Of a stretch of 44,806 nt of DNA, positions 30,730 through 40,935 are shown in pieces. This DNA comes from Betaproteobacteria bacterium (lineage in GTDB: Bacteria; Pseudomonadota; Gammaproteobacteria; Burkholderiales; JACQAP01). A model generated the notes under the pieces. That model made no database searches. It was not told where the DNA came from and saw nothing but the letters and a program-made list of their open reading frames with translations. Numbering within the stretch: the first letter of the stretch is position 1; every line of letters begins with the position of its first letter. The position numbers were made by a program, and so were the translations under genes. The stretch lies in the NCBI GenBank assembly GCA_025357235.1, contig JANXPQ010000528.1, forward strand, positions 1 through 44,806, read 5' to 3'.

Positions 30730-31568
30730 AGCCCGCGGCAGGTGTATTTCCGGCGCCGGCAAAACTCAACTTGTTTCTGCATGTCGTCGGCCGCAGGCCG
30801 GACGGTTACCATCTGCTGCAGACTGCATTTCGCTTCATCGACTTCGGCGACGAGCTTTCATTCGTCGTGCGCGCCGACGGCGCAATTCACCGCACTACCG
30901 CACTGGAAGGCGTCCCGGCCGAGCGGGATTTGACTGTGCGCGCCGCCCGGGCATTGCAGCAGGCGACCGGATGTCGGGAAGGAGTGGACATCGGCATCGT
31001 CAAGCGCCTGCCGATGGGCGGTGGACTCGGCGGCGGCAGTTCCGATGCCGCGACAACATTGATTGCATTGAACCGGTTGTGGCGTACCGGACTGTCCCGC
31101 GAGCGGCTGCAGCAACTCGCGCTGGGGCTGGGTGCCGATGTGCCGGTATTCGTATTCGGCAAAAATGCCTTCGCAGAAGGCGTCGGCGAGCGTCTGCAGG
31201 CCTTGCAGTTGCCGCCTGCCTGGTATCTGATTCTCGTGCCCGAACTGGCTGTTTCCACTGCGGAAATCTTCTCTGCTGCTGAATTGACACGTAATACGAA
31301 TGCAATCACAATAGCCGCCTTTTCAGTCGGCCAGGGCCACAACGATCTTGAAGCGGTGGTGTGCCGGCGTTACCCGCAGGTGGCCCGTTATCTTGAGTGG
31401 TTGCACCGATACGGCGATGCCCGCATGACCGGATCCGGGGCGTGTGTGTTTTGCGCGTTTGGCAGCGAACAGCAGGCCCGCCGGGCGTTGAAGAAATTAC
31501 CGGCGGACATGCGCGGCTTCGTGGCGCGTGGCCTGGACCGGCACCCTCTGTGGTCGGAGGACGATTAG
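30726..31568 (+). CDS. ispE: 4-diphosphocytidyl-2-C-methyl-D-erythritol kinase
   Basis: The N-terminus is [21 protein letters not shown]. The GHMP motif [14 protein letters not shown] is present. The GTG start overlaps the lolB stop (GTGA). Confidence 0.92.
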   Translation: MKPAAGVFPAPAKLNLFLHVVGRRPDGYHLLQTAFRFIDFGDELSFVVRADGAIHRTTALEGVPAERDLTVRAARALQQATGCREGVDIGIVKRLPMGGGLGGGSSDAATTLIALNRLWRTGLSRERLQQLALGLGADVPVFVFGKNAFAEGVGERLQALQLPPAWYLILVPELAVSTAEIFSAAELTRNTNAITIAAFSVGQGHNDLEAVVCRRYPQVARYLEWLHRYGDARMTGSGACVFCAFGSEQQARRALKKLPADMRGFVARGLDRHPLWSEDD

Positions 31569-31575
31569 AGTTTTT

Positions 31576-31650
31576 TGGGGAGTCGCCAAGTGGTAAGGCA
31601 CCGGATTTTGATTCCGGCATTCGTAGGTTCGATCCCTACCTCCCCAGCCA
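31576..31650 (+). tRNA. tRNA-Gln (anticodon UUG)
   Basis: The cloverleaf was read by eye. The acceptor stem is TGGGGAG/CTCCCCA. The anticodon arm is CCGGA-TTTTGAT-TCCGG. The T arm is GTAGG-TTCGATC-CCTAC. The 3' end is an encoded GCCA. Confidence 0.93.
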
Positions 31651-31672
31651 GTCTAGAGTGTGGTGGGCGCGG

Positions 31673-31782
31673 ACTGGAGACTGGTAACGGCAGCCGCGAG
31701 CATGCTTGCGGCTCATTTTATTTTTGGACCCGGATTTTATTGAACCGGTTTAAATCGGGTTTTTCCAACCCCAGTCTCCAGT
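31673..31782. repeat. perfect 12-bp inverted repeat (ACTGGAGACTGG / CCAGTCTCCAGT) bracketing the tRNA terminator and the prs leader
   Basis: Read directly: the left arm is 31673-31684 and the right arm is 31771-31782. Confidence 0.9.
31692..31725 (+). terminator. intrinsic terminator after tRNA-Gln
   Basis: The stem is AGCCGCGAG / CTTGCGGCT with loop CATG, followed by CATTTTATTTTT. Confidence 0.8.
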
Positions 31783-31797
31783 GCCGAGTGGCTAGAA

Positions 31798-32748
31798 ATG
31801 GCTTATGACAGCTTGATGGTGTTTACCGGCAACGCGCATCCGAAGCTTGCCGAAGACGTCGTCAGACACCTCAATATTCCGCTTGGGCGGGCCACGGTCG
31901 GCCGCTTCAGCGATGGCGAGGTGATGGTCGAATTGCTGGAAAACGTGCGTGGCAAGGATGTCTTTATCCTGCAATCGACCTGCATGCCGACCAACGACAA
32001 TCTGATGGAAGTCCTGCTGATGACCGACGCGCTGAAACGCTCGTCTGCCGGACGCATTACCGCAGCGGTTCCTTATCTGGGCTATGCGCGCCAGGACCGG
32101 CGGCCGCGCTCGGCGCGGGTGGCGATCAGCGCCAAGGTGGTCGCGAACATGATGGTGGTGGCGGGCGTGGATCGCCTGCTGACGATGGATCTGCATGCCG
32201 ACCAGATTCAGGGGTTTTTCGATATTCCGGTGGACAACGTCTACTCGGCACCGATCCTGCTGGGGGATATCTGGAAACTGGGCCATCAGGATCTGGTGGT
32301 GGTTTCACCTGACGTCGGCGGCGTGGTGCGGGCGTGGGCGCTGGCGAAACGCCTCGAGTCGGATCTGGCGATCATCGACAAGCGCCGTCCGCGGCCGAAC
32401 GTGGCCACGGTGATGAACATCATCGGCGATGTTGCCGGGCGTACTTGCGTGATCATGGATGACATGGTCGATACGGCGAACACGCTGTGCGAGGCGGCAC
32501 TGGCACTGAAGGAAAAAGGCGCGCAGAAAGTGTTGGCCTACTGTACGCACCCGGTGCTGTCGGGCAAGGCCATAGAGCGCATCGAAGGCTCGGTGTTGGA
32601 CGAACTGGTGGTGACGGATACGATTCCGTTGCGCGAGGACGCGAAACGCTGCAAGCGCATCCGCCAGCTGAGCATCGCGGCGTTGCTGGCCGAAACGATG
32701 CTGCGCATCAGCAACGAGGATTCGGTCTCCTCGTTGTTCATGGAATAG
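31798..32748 (+). CDS. prs: ribose-phosphate pyrophosphokinase
   Basis: Motifs [22 protein letters not shown] and the PRPP loop [12 protein letters not shown] are present. Confidence 0.96.
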   Translation: MAYDSLMVFTGNAHPKLAEDVVRHLNIPLGRATVGRFSDGEVMVELLENVRGKDVFILQSTCMPTNDNLMEVLLMTDALKRSSAGRITAAVPYLGYARQDRRPRSARVAISAKVVANMMVVAGVDRLLTMDLHADQIQGFFDIPVDNVYSAPILLGDIWKLGHQDLVVVSPDVGGVVRAWALAKRLESDLAIIDKRRPRPNVATVMNIIGDVAGRTCVIMDDMVDTANTLCEAALALKEKGAQKVLAYCTHPVLSGKAIERIEGSVLDELVVTDTIPLREDAKRCKRIRQLSIAALLAETMLRISNEDSVSSLFME

Positions 32749-32851
32749 GTTGGCCGATCGAACGATTTTACGGTGGGGCGGCAGCAATGCCGTCCCTTTT
32801 GGAACAGGTGGCGACTGGTCGCGGTCGCCGCCTTACATTTAGGAGAGTCAC

Positions 32852-33586
32852 ATGGCAACGATAGAAGTCAATGCGGTGTCTCGTGCGCTGCAGGGAACGG
32901 GTGCGAGCCGCCGCCTGCGCATCACGGGCAAAGTGCCGGGCATCATCTACGGCGGAGACCATCCCGCGAAAAACGTGGAGTTCGACCACAACGGGTTGTT
33001 CCATCAGCTTAAGCAGGAAGCCTTTCACGCTTCGATCTTGAGCATGACGGTGGATGGCAAGAAAGAGCGCGTACTGTTGCGCGATGTGCAGATGCATCCC
33101 TGGAAGCAATTAATCCTGCACGTGGACTTCCAGCGCGTATCGGCCAACAAGAAGGTCCACATGAAAGTGCCGTTGCACTTCATCAATGCCGATATCGCTC
33201 CGGGCGTGAAAACCGGCGGCGGCATCGTCAGCCACGTGATGAACGAAATGGACATCACCTGCCAGCCGGACGATCTGCCGGAGTATATCGAGGTCGATCT
33301 GCAGACTCTCGAAATCGGCGCAGCGGTGCACTTGGCCGACCTGAAAATACCGAAGGGCGTGGAATCGGTGCAGCTGACTCGCGGCGACAATGCCGTGGTG
33401 GCGACTGTGCAGATCCCGCGCGCGATGGTCGAGGTGGAACCCGTTGTTGCTGCTGTGGCGGCAGAAGGTGCAGCCGTCGAGGGCGCCGCTCCAGTCGCAG
33501 GTGCCGCACCCGCAGCCGGCGCGGATGCCAAGAAGGAGTCCGAGAAGAAGAAGGAGCCCGAGAAGAAGGAAGGCGGCAAGAAGTAA
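32852..33586 (+). CDS. rplY: 50S ribosomal protein L25 / general stress protein Ctc form
   Basis: The motif [16 protein letters not shown] is present. It has a long C-terminal Ala/Glu/Lys-rich tail. Confidence 0.9.
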   Translation: MATIEVNAVSRALQGTGASRRLRITGKVPGIIYGGDHPAKNVEFDHNGLFHQLKQEAFHASILSMTVDGKKERVLLRDVQMHPWKQLILHVDFQRVSANKKVHMKVPLHFINADIAPGVKTGGGIVSHVMNEMDITCQPDDLPEYIEVDLQTLEIGAAVHLADLKIPKGVESVQLTRGDNAVVATVQIPRAMVEVEPVVAAVAAEGAAVEGAAPVAGAAPAAGADAKKESEKKKEPEKKEGGKK

Positions 33587-33608
33587 CCCTTCCGCTGTTC
33601 CAACCACG

Positions 33609-33651
33609 GCCTGCCGTCAGCATTGCCTGTCCGGCAGGCCGGTTTGTTTTC
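33609..33651 (+). terminator. candidate intrinsic terminator after rplY
   Basis: The stem is GCCTGCC...GGCAGGC with a 17-nt loop, followed by CGGTTTGTTTTC. Confidence 0.45.
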
Positions 33652-33685
33652 AACGCCGCATTTGTTTTGACGTCGTGCGATCGCC

Positions 33686-34252
33686 ATGAAGCTCGTCGTA
33701 GGATTGGGTAACCCGGGCCGGGAACACGAGGCCACGCGGCACAACGCCGGTTTCTGGTGGGTGGACAGGCTGGCTGCGCGGGCCGGCGCCCATCTGCGTC
33801 CGGAATCCCGCTTCCACGGCCATGCCGGCAAGCTGGTCGAGGGTGGCAGGGAATGCTGGCTGCTCAAACCCGCCACATTCATGAATGTCAGCGGCCGCGC
33901 GGTGCAGGCGCTGACGCAGTTCTACAAGATCGCGCCCGGCGACATGCTGGTCGTGCACGATGAACTCGATTTGCCGCCGGGCGAGGTCAGGCTGAAAAAA
34001 GGCGGCGGTTCGGCGGGCCACAACGGCTTGAAGGACATCACGGCGCACCTGGGGCCGGATTACTGGCGGCTGCGCATCGGCATCGGCCGGCCGCTCGATC
34101 GCGATCAGATGGTGAACTTCGTGCTCAATGCGCCGCGCAAGGAAGAGATGCCGCTGATCGACGACGCCATCGAGCGCAGCCTCGACACCTGGTCCCTGTT
34201 GCTCGACGGCAAGTGCGAGGCGGCGATGCTGAAGCTGCATACAAAGGCGTGA
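33686..34252 (+). CDS. pth: peptidyl-tRNA hydrolase
   Basis: The motif LVVGLGNPGREHEATRHNAGFW and the downstream segment HDELDLPPG are present. Confidence 0.95.
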   Translation: MKLVVGLGNPGREHEATRHNAGFWWVDRLAARAGAHLRPESRFHGHAGKLVEGGRECWLLKPATFMNVSGRAVQALTQFYKIAPGDMLVVHDELDLPPGEVRLKKGGGSAGHNGLKDITAHLGPDYWRLRIGIGRPLDRDQMVNFVLNAPRKEEMPLIDDAIERSLDTWSLLLDGKCEAAMLKLHTKA

Positions 34253-34315
34253 ACCGTGAACAGTGAACAGTGATCCGCCATGGCTGGAATCCACTGTTCA
34301 CCGTTCACCGTTTAC
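34249..34315. repeat. long imperfect hairpin built from heptamer repeats (GTGAACC GTGAACA GTGAACA GTG ... CAC TGTTCAC CGTTCAC CGTTTAC)
   Basis: Read directly. The 24-nt arms pair at 21 of 24 positions. The 18-nt loop contains CCATGG. The left arm overlaps the pth stop codon. Confidence 0.9.
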
Positions 34316-34327
34316 TGATCACCAGAC

Positions 34328-35422
34328 ATGTCTCTCAAATGTGGAATCGTCGGACTGCCGAATGTCGGCAAGTCGACCCTTTTCAACGCGCTGACCAAGG
34401 CCGGCATCGCGGCGGAAAACTATACGTTCTGCACCATCGAGCCGAATGTCGGTATCGTCGAAGTGCCCGACGCGCGCCTGGCGCAACTTGCGACAATCGC
34501 AAAGCCGCTGAAGATCATTCCGGCGATCGTCGAGTTCGTCGATATCGCGGGACTGGTTGCCGGCGCGTCGAAAGGCGAAGGCCTCGGCAACCAGTTCCTG
34601 GCCAACATCCGCGAGACCGATGCCATCGTTCACGTCGTGCGCTGCTTCCTCGACGACAACATCGTGCATGTGACCGGCAAGGTCGACCCGCTGTCCGATA
34701 TCGAGACGATTGAGACCGAACTGGCGCTGGCCGATCTCGCCACGGTCGAAAAGACGCTGACGCGTAACCGCAAGCTGGCGCAGTCCGGCGACAAGGAGGC
34801 GAAGCTGCTGGTTGCGGCACTGGATAAAGTGCAGGCGCAACTCGATCAGGCCAAGCCGGTGCGCGCGCTCGACCTGTCCAAGGAAGAGCAGATCATCATC
34901 AAGCCGCTGTGCCTGATTACCGCAAAACCCACGCTGTACGCCGCCAACGTCGAAGAACATGGATTCGGCGACAACAATCCGCTGCTGCAGAAGGTCCGGC
35001 AAGAAGCCGCGAAGGAAGGCGCGCCGGTGGTGGCGTTCTGCGCGCGCATGGAAGCCGAGATCGCCGACCTGTCCGACGAGGACAAGCGCGTGTTCCTCGC
35101 CGACATGGGCCTGCAGGAACCGGGGCTGAATCGCCTGATCCGCGCGGGTTACGAACAGCTCGGATTGCAGACTTATTTCACCGCGGGCGAGAAGGAAGTG
35201 CGCGCATGGACCATCCACAAGGGCGATACCGCGCCCCAGGCTGCCGCCGTGATCCATACCGATTTCGAGAAGGGCTTCATCCGCGCCGAGGTCATTGCTT
35301 TCGACGACTACATTGCGCACAAGGGTGAGCAGGGGTCCAAGGAGGCCGGAAAAATGCGGCTCGAGGGCAAGGAATACGTCGTCAAGGACGGCGACGTCAT
35401 GCATTTCCGCTTTAATGTCTGA
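34328..35422 (+). CDS. ychF: redox-regulated ribosome-binding ATPase YchF
   Basis: The P-loop [18 protein letters not shown] is present, with a TGS-like C-terminus in 364 aa. Confidence 0.96.
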   Translation: MSLKCGIVGLPNVGKSTLFNALTKAGIAAENYTFCTIEPNVGIVEVPDARLAQLATIAKPLKIIPAIVEFVDIAGLVAGASKGEGLGNQFLANIRETDAIVHVVRCFLDDNIVHVTGKVDPLSDIETIETELALADLATVEKTLTRNRKLAQSGDKEAKLLVAALDKVQAQLDQAKPVRALDLSKEEQIIIKPLCLITAKPTLYAANVEEHGFGDNNPLLQKVRQEAAKEGAPVVAFCARMEAEIADLSDEDKRVFLADMGLQEPGLNRLIRAGYEQLGLQTYFTAGEKEVRAWTIHKGDTAPQAAAVIHTDFEKGFIRAEVIAFDDYIAHKGEQGSKEAGKMRLEGKEYVVKDGDVMHFRFNV

Positions 35423-35467
35423 GCGGGCTCGCTACCGGCCAGCTTCGAATGCATTTGTGAGCGGAGG

Positions 35468-36382
35468 TCACAAACGTCGGGTGCTGACCAGCGCCACGCC
35501 GCCCAGTACCAGCGCCGCGCCGGCGATCTGGATGACGGTGATGGGTTCGCCCAGGAACCAGTAGCCGAAGAATATCGTCGCGACCGGTCCGACCGATCCG
35601 ACCATCGCCGCATGATTGGCGCCGGTCAGGCGGATGCCTTCCGCCATCAGCCACGCCGGAATCACGGTGGAGATGATGGCCATGGCCAAGGTCAGCCAGT
35701 AAACCTGGGTCGGAACAACCAGTGCGCGGGCGTCATGCGTGACCAGGAACTGCAGCACGCAAATCACGCACGCCACCAGCATCGCATAGGCCGTGAAGCG
35801 CATCGCGCCGATCTTGCCGACGATCTCTCCGGCGCCGATCAGATAAAACGCATAGACCACGCCGCTGGCGAACACCAGGGCGCCGCCGAGGGCAACCTCG
35901 TGCGCGTGGCCGCCGAAGTTAAGATTTTCGGTGAAGACCAGCGCGATGCCGCCATAGCACAATGCGATAGCGATGAAATGGTGGGGCCGGATCGGTTTTT
36001 TCAGCCACCAGGCGGAAAGCAGTACCACGATGGTCGGGTGCAGAAACAGGATCAGGCGCTCCAGTCCCGCGGTGATATACGTCAGTCCGAGAAAATCGAG
36101 GTAACTCGCCAGGTAATAGCCGCCGAATCCCAGCGCGGCCACCCCCAGCCATTGCCTGCGCGACAGCGGGACTGCTGCGCGTTTCGACCACAACGCCATC
36201 AGCACGAAGAACGGCGCCGAGAACAACAGGCGTAGCGTCAGCAAAGTGGCGGCGTCGACCGGATGGACGTAGGCGAGCTTGATCAGGATCGCCTTGGCGG
36301 AAAAACCGATCGCGGCCAGGAGTACGCAAGCGGTGCCGGCAAGGGAAGAGCGGGCGACGGCGCCCGGAACGGAGACGGGCAT
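35468..36382 (-). CDS. DMT superfamily (EamA-like) transporter
   Basis: It has ten predicted hydrophobic helices in two EamA-like halves, 304 aa. Confidence 0.8.
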   Translation of the reverse strand: MPVSVPGAVARSSLAGTACVLLAAIGFSAKAILIKLAYVHPVDAATLLTLRLLFSAPFFVLMALWSKRAAVPLSRRQWLGVAALGFGGYYLASYLDFLGLTYITAGLERLILFLHPTIVVLLSAWWLKKPIRPHHFIAIALCYGGIALVFTENLNFGGHAHEVALGGALVFASGVVYAFYLIGAGEIVGKIGAMRFTAYAMLVACVICVLQFLVTHDARALVVPTQVYWLTLAMAIISTVIPAWLMAEGIRLTGANHAAMVGSVGPVATIFFGYWFLGEPITVIQIAGAALVLGGVALVSTRRL

Positions 36383-36401
36383 TAAAAATGTGGCGGCGAC
36401 G

Positions 36402-37916
36402 TCAGCGCCGGCGGCTGGAACTGCCGAGGATGGAGCCCAGCACGCCGCGAATGATCTGCCGTCCCACTTCCGAGCCGACCGCGCGCGCCGCGCTTTTCAT
36501 CATGGCCTCGCCGGCTGATTGGCGGCGCGAACTGCCCCCGCCGAATACGCTGCCCAGTACGTCGCCGAATACGGAGCCGGCGGAGGTTGGTGTCGGCGCG
36601 GATGCCGGGGTCGGTTGTACCGGCGTGGCTGTTTGCTCGCGCCTCGTCTTGAGCACTTCGTAAGCGGATTCGCGATCGACTACTTGCTCATACGCGCCCG
36701 CCACCAGCGAGCGCTTGATAGACGCAGTGCGCTCATCTGTTGTAATCGGTCCGATACGGCTGTGGGGCGGCAGCACGAACGCCCGCTCCACCATCGAGGG
36801 GCGGCCCTTCTCGTCGAGAAACGACACCAGCGCTTCGCCGACAGCCAGCTCGGTGATCGCCTTTTCCACGTCGAGTCCGGGATTTGCGCGCAGCGTCGTC
36901 GCGGCGGTTTTCACGGCTTTCTGGTCGCGCGGCGTAAAGGCGCGCAGCGCATGCTGCACGCGGTTGCCCAGTTGTCCGAGTACGGCGTCCGGTACATCCA
37001 GCGGATTCTGCGTCACGAAATAAATGCCCACGCCCTTGGACCGGATCAGCCGGACCACCTGCTCGATCTTGTCCAGCAACGTGGGCGCAGCGTCGTTGAA
37101 CAGCAGGTGCGCCTCGTCGAAGAAGAACACCAGCTTCGGTTTTTCCGGATCGCCTACCTCGGGCAGTTCCTCGAACAGTTCCGACAGCAGCCACAACAGC
37201 AAGGTGGCATAGGCCTTGGGCGCGTTCATCAGCTTGTCGGCGGCGAGAATGTTGATGACGCCGCGGCCCTTGTCGTCGGTCTGCATCAGATCGGCGATGT
37301 TGAGCGCCGGCTCGCCGAAAAAATGGTCGCCACCCTGTTCGTCGATGGCGATCAGTCCGCGCTGGATGGCGCCGATGCTGGCCGGGGAGATGTTGCCGTA
37401 CTCGGTGGTGAACTGTCTGGCATTGTCGCCGACGTGCTGCGCCATCGCGCGCAAATCCTTCAGGTCGAGCAGCAGCAGGCCTTTGTCATCCGCAATCTTG
37501 AACACCAGCGTCAGCACGCCGCTTTGCGTTTCGTTGAGATTCAGCAGCCGCGCCAGCAGCAACGGCCCCATTTCGGACACCGTGGCCCTCACCGGATGGC
37601 CGAGCGCGCCGTACACATCCCAGAAAACCGCCGGGCAGCCGGCGAACGTGAAATTGCCGAGGGCGAGCTTGTCGATGCGCTCCTTGAGCTTGGGATTCAT
37701 GGCGCCGGCCTGCGACAGGCCCGCGAGATCGCCTTTGACGTCGGCCATGAACACCGGCACGCCGATCGCGCTGAAGGCTTCGGCCATGGTCTGCAGCGTG
37801 ACGGTCTTGCCGGTGCCGGTGGCGCCGGTGATCAATCCATGACGGTTGGCGAGCGCGGGCAGCAGGCAGAGTTCATGCGAAGATTTCGCGATCGGCAGGG
37901 GTGCTGTCATGGGCAA
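36402..37916 (-). CDS. DUF853 / HerA-like P-loop ATPase (YjgR type)
   Basis: Walker A GATGTGKT and Walker B-like VFFFDEAH are present. The C-terminus is Gly/Ser-rich and basic. Confidence 0.8.
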   Translation of the reverse strand: MPMTAPLPIAKSSHELCLLPALANRHGLITGATGTGKTVTLQTMAEAFSAIGVPVFMADVKGDLAGLSQAGAMNPKLKERIDKLALGNFTFAGCPAVFWDVYGALGHPVRATVSEMGPLLLARLLNLNETQSGVLTLVFKIADDKGLLLLDLKDLRAMAQHVGDNARQFTTEYGNISPASIGAIQRGLIAIDEQGGDHFFGEPALNIADLMQTDDKGRGVINILAADKLMNAPKAYATLLLWLLSELFEELPEVGDPEKPKLVFFFDEAHLLFNDAAPTLLDKIEQVVRLIRSKGVGIYFVTQNPLDVPDAVLGQLGNRVQHALRAFTPRDQKAVKTAATTLRANPGLDVEKAITELAVGEALVSFLDEKGRPSMVERAFVLPPHSRIGPITTDERTASIKRSLVAGAYEQVVDRESAYEVLKTRREQTATPVQPTPASAPTPTSAGSVFGDVLGSVFGGGSSRRQSAGEAMMKSAARAVGSEVGRQIIRGVLGSILGSSSRRR

Positions 37917-37960
37917 TTGAGTGCTGGCGGGGCCGGACCGTATGGTAAGATTTTTTAATA

Positions 37961-37969
37961 ATTATATCA
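37961..37969 (-). promoter_or_regulatory. candidate extended -10 promoter (TGATATAAT) for the DUF853-EamA transcription unit
   Basis: The minus strand reads TGnTATAAT perfectly, about 45 nt upstream of ATG 37916. There is no good -35 element. Confidence 0.4.
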
Positions 37970-38030
37970 GCCGCCTAGATCGATCGACGCGTCAGGCAGA
38001 TCGGCGGCGGCTGTCACCGTAGAGGAAGGT

Positions 38031-38759
38031 ATGGCAGGTCACAGCAAATGGGCGAACATCCAGCACCGCAAGGGACGCCAGGACGCCAAGCGCGGCAAGA
38101 TCTTTACGCGATTGATCAAGGAAATCACGGTTGCTTCACGCCTCGGCGGTTCCGACATCACGGCCAACCCACGCTTGCGCCTGGCCGTGGACAAGGCCTA
38201 TGCGAACAATATGCCCAAGGACACCGTCGAGCGCGCCACCAAACGGGGCAGCGGCGAACTCGAAGGCGTGAGTTACGAGGAAATCCGGTATGAGGGATAC
38301 GGTATTGGCGGCGCCGCGGTCATCGTCGATTGCATGACGGACAACCGCGTGCGCACGGTGGCCGAAGTGCGCCATGCCTTCGCCAAGAACGGCGGCAACA
38401 TGGGCGCCGAGGGTTCCGTGGCGTTCCTGTTCAAGCATTGCGGGCAACTGCTGTTTGCGCCAGGAACGAGCGAAGACAAGGTCATGGAAGCGGCACTGGA
38501 CGCCGGCGCGGAAGACGTCATCGCCAATGACGACGGCAGCATCGAGGTCATCACTGCGCCCCACGACTTCCTCGCGGTCAAGGACAAGCTGGAAAAGGCC
38601 GGCCTCAAGGCCGAACTGGCGGAAGTGACCATGAAGCCCGTGACGGAAAGCCTGCTGACCGGCGACGACGCGGTCAAGATGCAGAAACTCATGGACGCGC
38701 TGGAGTCGCTCGACGACGTGCAGGAGGTCTATACGAGCGCGGTCATGGACGGGGAGTGA
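38031..38759 (+). CDS. YebC/PmpR family DNA-binding transcriptional regulator
   Basis: The N-terminus is [26 protein letters not shown]. Confidence 0.93.
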   Translation: MAGHSKWANIQHRKGRQDAKRGKIFTRLIKEITVASRLGGSDITANPRLRLAVDKAYANNMPKDTVERATKRGSGELEGVSYEEIRYEGYGIGGAAVIVDCMTDNRVRTVAEVRHAFAKNGGNMGAEGSVAFLFKHCGQLLFAPGTSEDKVMEAALDAGAEDVIANDDGSIEVITAPHDFLAVKDKLEKAGLKAELAEVTMKPVTESLLTGDDAVKMQKLMDALESLDDVQEVYTSAVMDGE

Positions 38760-38805
38760 TGACGACCCTGGCGCGGGAATCGGCAGTTGTCCGCGGTTGC
38801 GGGCC

Positions 38806-39387
38806 ATGCTGAAAGAAGGCATGGCCGTTTCCACCGCGCGTTCCTCGCCCTCCGCTCCAACCGTCACCAGGATTCTCGGCATCGACCCCGGCTTGCGCAT
38901 CACGGGGTTTGGCGTCCTGGAGATATCCGGCCAGAAGCTGACTTACGTCACCAGCGGTTGCATCCGCACCGATCAGCGCGGTGAATTGCCGGAGCGCATC
39001 CGCACCATCCTCGAAGGTCTTTCGGAAATCATTGCACAGGTCAAGCCGCAGGAAGTCGCGGTCGAGAAAGTGTTCGTCAACGTCAATCCCCAATCCACGC
39101 TGTTGCTCGGCCAGGCACGGGGGGCCGCCATCTGCGCGGCAGTGATCAGCGCCTTGCCGGTGTCGGAATACACGGCGCTGCAGGTCAAGCAGGCCGTGGT
39201 CGGCAATGGCCATGCGCGCAAGGAGCAAGTGCAGGAGATGGTGCGCCGGCTGCTCCGGCTTCCCGGGGACCCCAGCGCGGACGCAGCGGATGCGCTGGCG
39301 TGTGCCATCTGCCATGCGCACGGCGGGCTCGGCCTGGGCAAGTTGCAGACGCGGGGATTCAGGATGAAACGCGGGAGGCTGGTGTGA
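38806..39387 (+). CDS. ruvC: crossover junction endodeoxyribonuclease RuvC
   Basis: The motif [15 protein letters not shown] is present. The start is ambiguous (TTG 38797, ATG 38806 or ATG 38821). All options give a 17-25 aa N-terminal extension before the conserved core. Confidence 0.85.
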   Translation: MLKEGMAVSTARSSPSAPTVTRILGIDPGLRITGFGVLEISGQKLTYVTSGCIRTDQRGELPERIRTILEGLSEIIAQVKPQEVAVEKVFVNVNPQSTLLLGQARGAAICAAVISALPVSEYTALQVKQAVVGNGHARKEQVQEMVRRLLRLPGDPSADAADALACAICHAHGGLGLGKLQTRGFRMKRGRLV

Positions 39388-39962
39388 TCGGGCGGCTGAC
39401 CGGACTGCTGGTCGAGAAACGCCCGCCGACGGTTGTTGTCGAGGTTCATGGCGTCGGATACGAAGTCGATGTGCCGATGAGCACGTTCTTCCAGTTGCCT
39501 GCCACCGGCTCGCCCGTCACATTGCAAACCCATTTGATCGTGCGCGAGGACGCGCATCTGCTGTTCGGTTTTGCGACGGACCAGGAGCGGCAGGTGTTCC
39601 GCCAGTTGCTCAAGATCAGCGGTGTGGGGGCGCGCACCGCACTCTCGGTGCTGTCCGGCATGTCGGTCTCCGAGTTGTATCAAACGGTTTCAGCGCACGA
39701 CGGGGCGCGCCTCACCAAAATTCCCGGCATCGGCAAGAAGACGGCGGAACGGCTGCTGCTGGAACTGCGCGACAAGCTGACTGCCGGCCTCGGCAACGTC
39801 GTCGCCGGCAGTGACGCGGAAATCAGGAGCGATGCGCTGCATGCATTGCTCGCACTCGGTTACAGCGACAAGGAAGCGACGCAGGCGCTCGGCAAGATCG
39901 CGGCGCAAACGCCGGTACAGGAAGCCATCCGGCACGCGCTCAAGCTGTTGTCGAAGGCGTGA
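39384..39962 (+). CDS. ruvA: Holliday junction branch migration complex subunit RuvA
   Basis: A GTG start gives [15 protein letters not shown]. HhH motifs [12 protein letters not shown] and [15 protein letters not shown] are present. It shows a GTGA overlap with the ruvC stop. Confidence 0.92.
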   Translation: MIGRLTGLLVEKRPPTVVVEVHGVGYEVDVPMSTFFQLPATGSPVTLQTHLIVREDAHLLFGFATDQERQVFRQLLKISGVGARTALSVLSGMSVSELYQTVSAHDGARLTKIPGIGKKTAERLLLELRDKLTAGLGNVVAGSDAEIRSDALHALLALGYSDKEATQALGKIAAQTPVQEAIRHALKLLSKA

Positions 39963-40032
39963 TCGACGCAGGCTTGTCGGCGCAGCGTTTCCGTGTCGCC
40001 CGAGAACGACAAATATACCCATCCGCGGGCCG

Positions 40033-40059
40033 ATGACCCCCGGGGTGCTGGGCTATAAT
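40033..40059 (+). promoter_or_regulatory. candidate promoter for the orphan gene between ruvA and ruvB
   Basis: A perfect TATAAT lies at 40054-40059. The -35 element is weak (ATGACC) with a short 15-nt spacer. Confidence 0.3.
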
Positions 40060-40071
40060 CCGTGGCAAAAT

Positions 40072-40092
40072 TTCAGGCGCATTTCGCCTGAA
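40072..40092 (+). other. 8-bp perfect stem-loop in the putative 5' leader of the orphan gene
   Basis: TTCAGGCG-CATTT-CGCCTGAA. No T-run follows, so it is not a terminator. Confidence 0.6.
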
Positions 40093-40118
40093 GGATCGAA
40101 CCGGGGGGATGTGTACAG

Positions 40119-40901
40119 ATGATGGTTGCAGCACGCGTTGTCACGGTTGCTCTCGTTTTGTTGACATGCGCGGCAGGGATCGCGGCTGCCGCCGACGAGA
40201 GCGCTGACAAGAAACAACAAATCGAGCAGCTCATCGACCTGCACGATCTGACGACATCGGTATCGATCGGTAATTACTACCTCAAACAGGAAAGCCTGGT
40301 CGCCATCCGCAGCCTGCTCACCCGTCTTGGCAAGGAAGAGAAACTCGGGCCCGAGTGGAATCTGCGCAATCCGCAGTGGCAGCGCGCCGAGACAATGCTG
40401 CTGCAGCCGACCCTGGCGAAGGTCGCGAACGATTTCACCAGTCTCGAATGGCTGCGTCCGCAGTGGGAAGACCTGGACTCGCGCGAATTCTCCGCCGAGG
40501 AACTGGATGTCCTGCTCACGCACTTTCATTCCGACGTCGGCCGCAAGCAGGCGAAGATCGTCGATCATACGGTTTCGACGCATGTGATCACGACGCTGTC
40601 TTTTTCTGGCAAGCTCAAGGACATTCCCGGCGTTCAGGAAGAGCGCAGCCGCATGCAGACGGTCTGGAACAAGGAAGACGACGAAATGCGGTTTTCCATC
40701 CAGGACGCGACCAATGCCGACGGCATGCGCTTCGCCTATTCGGCCCTGGGCAAGAAATATTTCGTGACCGCGATCCTGAAGTTGACCGGCATCATCAGCC
40801 ATCGCATAGACGAACTGGCACTGGCGCTGCCCAAGGAAGTGAATGCCCGCGCCGACGAGGTCAGGCCCCTGTTGCAGGAGTTCAAGAGCGGCCACGGCTG
40901 A
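40119..40901 (+). CDS. secreted hypothetical protein, possibly DUF2059-like
   Basis: The signal peptide is [18 protein letters not shown]. The segment [21 protein letters not shown] resembles the DUF2059 core pattern. No catalytic motif was recognised. Confidence 0.6.
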   Translation: MMVAARVVTVALVLLTCAAGIAAAADESADKKQQIEQLIDLHDLTTSVSIGNYYLKQESLVAIRSLLTRLGKEEKLGPEWNLRNPQWQRAETMLLQPTLAKVANDFTSLEWLRPQWEDLDSREFSAEELDVLLTHFHSDVGRKQAKIVDHTVSTHVITTLSFSGKLKDIPGVQEERSRMQTVWNKEDDEMRFSIQDATNADGMRFAYSALGKKYFVTAILKLTGIISHRIDELALALPKEVNARADEVRPLLQEFKSGHG

Positions 40902-40935
40902 TGCGCCAAGCGCATTTTCCCAGCGGCGACAAAGG

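Noticed and set aside
31576-31800. tRNA-Gln as a possible integration site. The tRNA 3' end CCCCAGCCAGTCT resembles CCCCAGTCTCCAG about 120 nt downstream.
   Set aside because: Only about 6-10 nt are similar. There is no integrase, phage or foreign-looking gene nearby, and the flanking ispE and prs genes are in their usual conserved order.
33420-33586. A low-complexity Ala/Glu/Lys tract at the 3' end of rplY.
   Set aside because: It is consistent with the extended Ctc-type C-terminal tail of L25 proteins. It is in frame, with no evidence of a separate element.
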